Assembly (NCBI GenBank): GCA_023205875.1
Contig: CP060763.1
Span: 1 to 64,000, forward strand
Source of the DNA: Chloropicon primus
Lineage: Eukaryota
Direction: 5' to 3'
DNA: 64,000 bases
Shown here in pieces: positions 55,760-64,000 of this stretch. The number at the start of each line of letters is the position of its first letter. Positions within the stretch are counted from its first letter, which is position 1. The notes under the pieces were generated by a model, which saw nothing but the letters and a program-made list of their open reading frames with translations, had not been told where the DNA came from and did not search any database. The translations under genes and the position numbers were made by a program.

Positions 55760-56030
55760 GAATGGATGATGGTGATGGAGGGTGATGGGAGAGGGAGAGG
55801 GAGAGGGAGGGTGATGGATGGATTGCATGATTGTTGTGTCTTGCTCCCTTGCTCTCTTGGTGTCTTGCTCCCTTGCTCTCTTGCTCTTTCCAAAGAGCGC
55901 TGACTGGATGAGAATGAGATAGAAGAGAGTGGATGATGATGGAGGGTGATGGGAGAGGGAGGGTGATGGATGGATTGCATGATTGTTGTGTCTTGATCCC
56001 TTGCTCTTTCCAAAGAGCTCTCTGACTTGA
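55760..56030. repeat. Local duplication upstream of the FUSED kinase
   Basis: GATGGAGGGTGATGGGAGAGGG...GATGGATGGATTGCATGATTGTTGTGTCTTG...TTTCCAAAGAGC present twice. Confidence 0.8.
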
Positions 56031-56203
56031 GAACAGAATGGTGGTGGGAAGAATGCAAGAGGAAGGAGGGAGGGTCGATTGTGATGATGGTAATTGTGGT
56101 TGTGACGGGTAGTGGTCTTCTTGGGCAAGAGGAGAGGTTGGTGGTTGACAACAAACAACGACACGTGTTGAAGGATGACAAAAAGTGTTATCTGCTTTCG
56201 AGC

Positions 56204-56486
56204 TCACTTTGCTTCCGTGGCTTCATCCTCCTTCTCCTTCACTTCCTGTTCCTTCTTCTCTTTACCTTGCTTGAAGTAGTCGTCGAGGTCCTCGTTCAGC
56301 TTCGTGGTTCCCGCCTTCTTGTCCTTCAGCATGTAAGCATCGAGATCGTCATCCAAGGAGGTCTTGTCAAGCTTCCTCGGCTTGTCCCTAGAGCCCTTGG
56401 GACCTCTTGTCCTCCCACCGGCCTTGCCCCTCGAGTTCTTCCCTTTCCCAACTTTGCCTGTCCAGTGAAGAAAACAGAAACACACA

Positions 56487-56520
<34 letters not shown>

Positions 56521-56698
56521 ACCATCCGTCAACACAATTCCGGACACAGAAGAGAAGCGTCAAGGAGAAGACGCCGTCAAAAAACGAAGCGAGCGAACCC
56601 TCCTCCTCCCTCCATCCCTCAGCCTCAGTCAAACACACACACACACACTCCCTCGATTCATAGGTCATTTCATCGCAATGCCAAAGAGAACGCACAAC

Positions 56699-56753
<55 letters not shown>

Positions 56754-56840
56754 CGATATCAAGGGAAGGGAAGGATCCCGTCCTCATGCCGTGCTCCTCC
56801 TCCTGCTCCATCCCTCAGCCCAACCCGCTCCAAGGATCTC

Positions 56841-56876
<36 letters not shown>

Positions 56877-57028
56877 CAAAGGAAGCGCCTGCGAAAAAGA
56901 GAGAGAGAGAGAAAGAGGAAGGAGTGCCGAGGCGGAGGGGTCGAGGGACACGCTCTGATGTGATGTGATGCCTCACCTGAAGCTGCCAAGCTACCCTTCC
57001 CTCCCTTGCGGCTGCCCTTGTTCGACAT
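56204..57028 (-). CDS. Small RG/K-rich protein with FoP/Chtop C-terminal duplication (exons 57028-56977, 56457-56204)
   Basis: Duplicated LDDDLDAYM / LNEDLDDYF motif; the 519-nt microsatellite-rich GT-AG intron keeps frame. Confidence 0.75.
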
Positions 57029-57089
57029 GATGCTCTCCTTTTTTGGAGGAACCAAAAACATTTCCTGCTGGAGAGCAGATCAGGAGCAG

Positions 57090-57433
57090 AGCAGAGGAGG
57101 AGGATGATGATGATGATGATGATGATGTTGTTCTTTCCCTGTCTGTCTGTGCTCGTGAAAGGTCAAGGAGAGTGCCTTCTTCTTCTTCTCCTTCTCTTTC
57201 GCCTGAGCTTTGTTATCATGATCATTGATTCATCATCCTGGCGGGAGACCGAGGAGGAGACCGAGGATGGATTAGGAGGGAGAGCAGATGATGATGATGA
57301 TGATGATGAGGACGATGTTCTTCCCTGTCTGTCTGTGCTCGTGAAAGGTCAAGGAGAATGCCTTCTCCTTCATCTTCTCCTCCTCCTTCTTCTCTTTCGC
57401 CTGAGCTTTATTATCTTCCTCGTTGATTCATCA
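57090..57433. repeat. Local duplication of about 150 bp with (GAT)n tracts
   Basis: CCCTGTCTGTCTGTGCTCGTGAAAGGTCAAGGAG...TTTCGCCTGAGCTTT present twice. Confidence 0.85.
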
Positions 57434-57655
57434 TGAGAAAGGCGGCGGAGGATCAGGATCAGGAATCAAGCAGCATTGTATATGCAATGCCATGAGGGGT
57501 TCTCGCGGTTCTCGGGAGGGAGGGAAGGGCCAATGGATGGACCCCACCCCCTCCTCCTCTTGCTCTTTCGAGAGAGCAATCTCCTGATCCGCTTGTCATC
57601 GGGCTTTCGTAACTCCTCTCACCGCGTTACACAAGATCATCATGGTGTTCTGCTG

Positions 57656-59923
57656 TTAATAGATGGAATGCGTTCTGTTGTGGTTTGGGTGAGGTTCCAG
57701 AGTCTCTTGCTCCTTCACGTGCTTCATGTGGTGCCCCTTCATGTTGAGCCTGTTCAGCGCCGTCAAGGAGTCCTCAAAGTGCTTGAAGAGCACGGCGACG
57801 TCCTGCGGGTCCATCTCCTGCGGCACGGAACCGATCTGGTCGATGTTGATGGGGTGCTTGAGGGAGCTCAAGACGTTCTCGTTCAGAACGTTCAGCTGCT
57901 CGGGGGCGTTGGCCTTCATCTTCTTCAGCATGTTCAGTATGCCCTGGTAAATCAAGCGGAGCTCCGTCTTCACCTTGTACAGGCTCTTCGCCTTGGTCTC
58001 AAACTCCTTCAGGTCGTTGTCCAGTTTCATCTGAAGGGTGGTGTGCCTCACCTCCTCATTCCTTTCCATGAAGATGCCCTTGCCGGTGAGATGAAGGAGC
58101 TCCAAGTCCTCGTGAAGGGCCAGCTTGTCGTCCCTCATGTCGGCAAGCATCATCTCGCGGCTCTCCTTCTCGTCGCGCAGGTTGGTGAGACCCTCGACCG
58201 TTCTGTTCCAAACGCTGATCACCTCGCCCGCGCTCGTCGTGTCGGTGACCTGGTACAGCTTATGGAGCTTCATCATCGTGTCCGTCGTCTTGTCGACTTC
58301 GGTGGAGTCCTCGCCCTTGTCCATGCTGGCGTTCTGGACCGTCTTGATCAGCCCCAAGAAGTTCGTGTTGATGATCTGGCTCTCGGTGACGAGTCCCATC
58401 TTCTTCGATTGCTTCTTCAGCTTTGCGAGCTCGCCCCTCTTGAAGTCAATCATCTTGTTCTTCCTCCTCCTCTCCTCCTCTTGACGCTCGAGCCACTTGA
58501 ACTTCTTAATCTTCGCGGCGTTGACAGCGGTTTTGATCTTCACCTGTTCCTTCTTCGCCAGCCTAGTGGCAATGACCTCCTCCTCCACCTCCTTCTGCTT
58601 CACTTGAACCTTCTTGTACGTCTCAACGTGGTGCTTAGCGACCCGCTGCAAGATGTGCTTGAAGATCATCCTTCGGGCGATGATGACGAACCGGCTCTCC
58701 TCCCTCTCCGCGATCATTTCCTTAATCTCCGCCTCCCGCTTCAAAAGCTTCTGCCGATGGATCAGCTCCTTCTGGTGAGTCTTGTTCTTCAGCTTGATCG
58801 TCGCCCTCTGCGTCCTGATCGCCTCCTCGCCCTCGAGCGCCCGGAACTGAAGCCTGTCGTACTCCACCGCCAAGCTCCTGATCTTGTAACGCATCTCGTC
58901 CTCGAAATCAGCGATGAGGGCCTCGTTCTCCCTCTTTGCCTCGTTCTCCATCCAAGGGTCAAGCGTGGACTGCGGAGGAGTGGCGACCTTGAGCTTCAAG
59001 AGACTCCTGCCCTCCGGCGTGCTCGTAGCAGAGTCCACGCTCCACAGCCCCGAGTCCTGCGTCGAGATCACGCCGGACATCGGGTTCGTATTCGGAGTGA
59101 TTCTGTTGTTGGCGACAAACTTTCTGCTCATGCTCCCCCTTCTCGATTGCATTGGGGTGCCCGACGCACTATTCTGCTGGCTCAGGCCCAGCCCTTCCCT
59201 ATCCAGTGGCTGGCCCTCCGACAGAGACTCGAGCGCGAGTCCCAAGCCCACCGACGAGGTGAAGGTGTCCTCGAGGGATGCCACCACTCCGCCGTCGACG
59301 CTTCTCTTGCTCTGGAAGCTCACATCCAAGTCGGCCTCCGTCTTCGCCAGTCCCGGGATCTTGGGCAGACTCGTGTGACTCAAGGAGAACGAACCGGGAG
59401 CTCCAGGCCTTGTGCCCGCCTTCTCCATCATCAGTTTCCGTTTCCTCGCGCTTTCTTTCCTCAGGCTCTGGCTGTATTGCCGGCTCCTCTCCCTCGAGTT
59501 GCTCACAACCTTCTCGCTCGGAGTCTCCCTTCCTCTCTGCCCTCTCTTGCCTCTCCTGGACACCGCGATGACCTTCTGACTCACGACGTCTTCGTCCGAG
59601 GGCGATTTCGTGCTCGCTCCCGTGTTGCTGGGCTGAAACGAGAGCCGGGTCAGCGAAAAGTGCAGCGCGGAGCTGTCCAGTGCCGGGTCCTGCTCCTTGG
59701 AGAACGGTGAACCGAAGGCCTCCCCTCCAGTTGCCCTGCCACCACCGCCTTCCAACAAGTCAGAAGACTCGCCGTCCCCTCCAAAGCGGCTGTGCTTGAC
59801 CAAGGACTTGAATGCCGGACTGGCCTTTCCTGTGTTCTCGGCGAACCAGTCTGCAATGTCATCGGGGTGAAGGCTTCCCGAACCTAGCCCCATAGGGGAG
59901 GAGGTCCCTGCGTCTTCGTCCAT
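57656..59923 (-). CDS. Coiled-coil protein of unknown function
   Basis: 755-aa ORF; Ser-rich disordered N-half and K/E-rich heptad C-half. Confidence 0.7.
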   Translation of the reverse strand: MDEDAGTSSPMGLGSGSLHPDDIADWFAENTGKASPAFKSLVKHSRFGGDGESSDLLEGGGGRATGGEAFGSPFSKEQDPALDSSALHFSLTRLSFQPSNTGASTKSPSDEDVVSQKVIAVSRRGKRGQRGRETPSEKVVSNSRERSRQYSQSLRKESARKRKLMMEKAGTRPGAPGSFSLSHTSLPKIPGLAKTEADLDVSFQSKRSVDGGVVASLEDTFTSSVGLGLALESLSEGQPLDREGLGLSQQNSASGTPMQSRRGSMSRKFVANNRITPNTNPMSGVISTQDSGLWSVDSATSTPEGRSLLKLKVATPPQSTLDPWMENEAKRENEALIADFEDEMRYKIRSLAVEYDRLQFRALEGEEAIRTQRATIKLKNKTHQKELIHRQKLLKREAEIKEMIAEREESRFVIIARRMIFKHILQRVAKHHVETYKKVQVKQKEVEEEVIATRLAKKEQVKIKTAVNAAKIKKFKWLERQEEERRRKNKMIDFKRGELAKLKKQSKKMGLVTESQIINTNFLGLIKTVQNASMDKGEDSTEVDKTTDTMMKLHKLYQVTDTTSAGEVISVWNRTVEGLTNLRDEKESREMMLADMRDDKLALHEDLELLHLTGKGIFMERNEEVRHTTLQMKLDNDLKEFETKAKSLYKVKTELRLIYQGILNMLKKMKANAPEQLNVLNENVLSSLKHPINIDQIGSVPQEMDPQDVAVLFKHFEDSLTALNRLNMKGHHMKHVKEQETLEPHPNHNRTHSIY

Positions 59924-60889
59924 ACTCGTCCACGTTCCCTTCGTGCTTCACCTCGGGTCCATCCGCCCCCTCCAATAAAATATGCTAGCGCACGAGATGA
60001 AATCACGAGCTAGTTGGCAACTTGACCTCTCCTTCGCGGCCTGCGCTTCCTCAAGCCTTCTTCCTCCTCCCTCTGTCCACCCCTCTGCCCTCACCTCCAC
60101 CACCAGTACTCGCCTAAAACCTTCACCACGGCTTCAGTAGCGTCGACCGAGGGCTCCTCCGAAAGGAAAAGAGACAAAGATAACGCTGGCCACGGGACTT
60201 CCCCCCCCTCTCCCCTCTATCCTCGCCGTCAGCGCCGTCCCTGACTCTCTGTGCCGCTATTGACTCTCTGTGCACCACCAAGAATAGGAAAAAAGTTTCG
60301 TGTTGAGTATTCAAACGGACGCCATTTTTCGCAAGCGAGAGCTCTTTGGAAAGATAAAGAGACGATACTTTGAATGACATCGCGCCCTTGTCACCTCTCC
60401 ACCTTCCTCGGCCTACCTTGCCCCTCAAACCCACCGGCCTCCTGGTGTGTCCCTCAAACCCGCCTGTTAATGATCGTTTTGAATTTCTTCGGGATCAATG
60501 CACCTCGTTCGAGGAGGAGGAGGAGGAGGAGCGAGGTACGTTGCCGACCGAGAACGACGAGGACAAGAGAGAGGGGCGAGAGAGAGGGGGGCACAGAGAT
60601 CATCCTGATCTCTTGATCTTTTGAATGAGCGGTCGCTTGACAAAGATGACGCCCTGAAGAGGATGCTGAGAGACGAAACGTGAACTTTTCCTCTGCTTTG
60701 CTTCCGTTTGGTGCCAGCGATACAGGTGAGTGTGCGGGAGGAGAAGCGTTACGAGCGAGGGATCGAGTCGCGGGCGTAACCGCTGTCTCTTGAATTTTCG
60801 AAGGACGCTCGGTCGAAAGGAGCGGCGCCCTTCTTCGATACTGAAACGAGTTCTTTTGCCTTGTGGATGCCATGCAGTGACTTTGGATC

Positions 60890-61775
60890 ATGGAGGAGAA
60901 GAGGCGGCTGAGAAGGCGAGTGAACCAGAACTTGGGTCGGGCGTACTGCTGGGCGACGTGCGTGGAGACCGGTGAGCCGTGTGTCGAAAGTTCGGAACCT
61001 GGTTCGAATTTGCCTTACTGCAGGAGGCACCGCGTGGAGGGTGACGGTGCAGTGAGAGTTATCGACCACCCCACAAACAAGGGCATAGGGAAGATATGTG
61101 TAGCGAGGTTTGACCTTCCAAAGGGGTACAAGATGGTGTACTGGGGCAAAAGGTGGGGAGGAGTGGCGAGGGTTCGTGTGCGGGTTCACTTGTTGCTGAC
61201 TCTTTCCTTTTCCTTTTCCTTGTCCGGCGACCGGTCGGTGTAGAGTGAGGTGGAGAGGGTGCAAAGGGCAGGACCGAGCGATGAGCTTCCTGCAGAATGG
61301 CGGGGTCATCGATCCCTACGATTGCGAGGGCCAGCAGCTTCAGTACATGGCTTGCCCGGGCCCGGGAGAGAGGAGCAACACCAAGTGCACGGACGTTTGC
61401 TTCGGCAAAACGTACGACGAGAAGCTGATCGGCAGAGAGTTTGAGACCATCGAGCCGGTGAAGAAGGACCACCAGCTCACGCAGTGGTATGGCTCGAAGG
61501 ATTGGTTCGAGGCGAGGGACATCCCAAGGACGAACGTGGGCACGGACGAGTACCCCGCTCCGCAGAAGAAGAAGAGGAAAACGCAAAAGGCCTCGAAGCA
61601 GAGCCAGGACGAGGGAGACAAGTCGGGCGAGGCGGACAACCTCAAAGAGATTGACGTGAACACCGCTATCGAGCTCGACGTCAAGAAGACGATGCTGCAG
61701 ACGGTGCCGGGCAAGGATCCACCGCTCACGCAGAGTGGCCCCAAGCTCGCGCCGTACGAATCTTTCGCCGACTGA
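60890..61775 (+). CDS. Divergent SET-domain-like protein (exons 60890-61152, 61244-61775)
   Basis: In-frame GT-AG intron. GIGKICVARFDLPKG..MVYWG resembles the SET N-lobe, and IEPVKKDHQLTQWYG resembles I..GEEL...YG. Confidence 0.55.
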
Positions 61776-61867
61776 ATACTGGCGGATTTCCTTTCTTTTT
61801 ATGTGTATAAACGTACAAAAACATTATGTTCTTTCATTATTGTCATTCATATTCATAGCATTCATCA

Positions 61868-64000
61868 TCACCGAACAGGCGAGTGGCTTCTGTGGTCGTT
61901 CTCGATGGACTGGAGGAGGAGCTTCACCCTGTTGAGCGCGTGGTTCTCCACCGTCTCGCCGCCCTCCCGGCTCTCCTTCTCCCGAATGGCTGCGAGGTGC
62001 ATCTCGGCTTCGCTCGCTGGGTCAATCGGGTGGTTCTGGTAATCCTGATCCCCGTCACCATGATCCTCAGGCAGACTGCTGAGTCGGTGCTGCTGCTGCT
62101 GCGAAGGTCTCCGGTGGCGCTCCTGCAGGCGCTTCTGACGCTCCTGAGCGAGCTGAGAGTCGAGGATGCTCTCATTCACGTTCTTGAGTCTGTTGATCTC
62201 GGCCGCAGACGCGGCGGACTCCCTCTGCATGCGTTGCAAAGTCCGGTCCAAGGTTTGCTGGGTGGACTTCAGCTCACCCTCGAGCCTCATCTTCTCGTGC
62301 ACCAGGTGCTCAAGATCCTCCTTGCTCTGCTTCAGCTCCCTTCTGCACTGTGCCAAGCTGGTGTGGGCGTTGTCGTGCTCGTCCTGCAACCGGTGCAGCT
62401 CTCTGGTCAGGGCCTCCTTCTCTGCTTGCAGAACCTTGGACTCCTTTTGGACATCGCTAAGCTCCGCCTTGTGCCTCGACCTTTCGCTCTCCACTTCCAG
62501 TTTCCCCTGATGTTTGAAAGCGAAGCGAAGCACGTCAGTCCGTCCGTCGATCCGATTCAATTCGATGCAATCCCCAATCCCCAATCGGCTGCCGATGATG
62601 GGCACCGTCCTTACCTCAGTCCCGGTCTTCTTGAGCTCGCTCTCGACCTCGGCCAACTTCATCATCACTGAGGTCTTCTCCTCAATGAGCCGATCCTTTG
62701 CAGCCCTCAGCGTCTCGGCCTGCTGGCTCAGCCTCTTGTTGTCCTCCACCAATGTCTCGTGCTCCTTGTGAAGGCTCTTCAATTCGCTGGCGCGAACCCA
62801 GGCATCCTGCTCCAGCTTGTGCATCTGTGACTCCATCACCTCCCTGCAAGTCATCGAGCGTGTGTGCGTGCGCGTGTGTGTGTTGTGTAAGAACATGATT
62901 GAAAAGCCTAAACCAAACCCGCCAGCGTGTTTCACTCTTACCTGCTCGCTTTCTCCGTGGTGTGCTGACTGAGGGCTCTCTCGTGGACCACTTTCATGTC
63001 GTTGATCTTGGTCACCAACTCCTCCACTTGCTTTTGGTGCTTGTCCCTCTGCTCAGAAATTCTCTCCTGCTCCGCCTGTTTCAGCCAAACGTGCCACTGC
63101 TTCATGCGCTCGAGCTCCGACTCGGTGGAGGTCAGCTTCTGATGAATCTCCTCGAGAGACAACTTCTTTTGTCGGAGCTCCTCGGTCAGCTGGGCCTTCG
63201 AACGGACCAGCTCCTCGCACTGGACCCTAGTCTGCTGCAAGTCGTGCACCCTTGCCTCCAAGGCAGCCTCATTCTGCTTCAGAGAGATGGTCAACTCGTC
63301 GCACTTGGACCGGGACACCTCCAGCTTCTTGGTCGTCTCCTCGTTCGCGTCACCTGGATGACAAAGCAAACACTGGTCAGCAAAGAGAATTGGAACGGGC
63401 TTCCGCCAAGAACTTACTTTGCTCCTCGATCATGCTCTGGCACTCCTCAAGCTCTTTCTCCTTGCCGTTCAACGTTTTCTCCAGGCTCCTCTTGTATTCG
63501 AGGTTTTCGAGGTGGTTTCGCTCGAGCTCATCGAGCTGCGTCCTGAGTCCTTCCTTCTCCCTATCATCCTCGCTGTGCCTCACTTCATGCTTCTCCACTT
63601 CCTTCTCCAAGAACCGTAGTTTGCTCGTCAGCACCCTCACCTCCTTCTCCGAGGCCTGCAGTTGGTCTGAGCACGAGCGAAGAAGACGACGACGACGACG
63701 ACGAAGGGTCAGTCAGACTTGTGCTCCACGAGTGAGGAGTGTGTATCTCTTGACCTAAACGAATGAATGGAATGAGTTTCATCCTTGCCCTCCTCCTCCT
63801 CACCTGATAGGACGACGTTCTCGTGCTTGAGAGAGGTCACCTCCTTGTCCAGGGACTTGATAACGTCGCTCTGCTCCTTGCACTTCTCGGTCACTTGGGC
63901 ACTGGAAACCTTGAGAGAGGAGACGGCCTGACTCATGCCCGGCCAGCTTGGTGCCGCATCAGCATCCAGGATGCGAAGGAGCTGAAGCTGGTCGTCCAAA
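61868..64000 (-). CDS. Multi-exon coiled-coil protein, 5' end outside the window
   Basis: Successive heptad-rich ORF pieces (63709-63999, 63377-63640, 62938-63369, 61868-62935) separated by GT-AG-like introns. Confidence 0.7.

Noticed and set aside
57656..59923. Outer dynein arm docking complex subunit
   Set aside because: Only a generic coiled-coil resemblance; no diagnostic motif recognised.
1..64000. tRNA/rRNA genes and autonomous transposons
   Set aside because: None recognised by eye; tRNAscan-SE, Infernal and RepeatModeler would be needed to exclude them.

Overview
This window is the end of a eukaryotic chromosome, not prokaryotic DNA. It opens with a (CCTAAAA)n telomere (TTTTAGG on the minus strand), then degenerate 8-mer variants and a 198-bp subtelomeric repeat. 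The rest is a compact, GC-rich, intron-poor gene array. The telomere type, gene density and plant-like genes suggest a picoplanktonic green alga, possibly Chloropicon (inference). Recognisable genes encode an ABCB/MDR transporter, a CCDC115/Vma22-like protein, Sec24C-type, MCM-BP, DUF1295, MORN, ENTH, an ankyrin kinase, YaaA, an ARM/coiled-coil protein, ATX/trithorax SET, a degenerate kinesin, an IQ protein, a class-3 lipase, a formin, ODA7/DNAAF1, FUSED/TIO kinase, a FoP/Chtop-like protein and a divergent SET-like protein. Five items stand out. (1) A subtelomeric group of secreted peptide precursors with RxL[Q/L]-type sites, including a three-module polyprotein whose modules all end in Gly (possible amidated peptides), a related divergently transcribed mini-precursor, and a spliced 10-Cys peptide missed by the ORF track. 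(2) A secreted curlin-like/beta-solenoid repeat protein with aberrant codon usage, lying between 227-bp direct repeats. (3) A formin with a tandem CDK-site array next to a perfect D-box. (4) A probable pseudo-kinesin. (5) A 95-bp minisatellite with a constant core and two unique inserts. All family calls come from motif recognition by eye; no searches were run.
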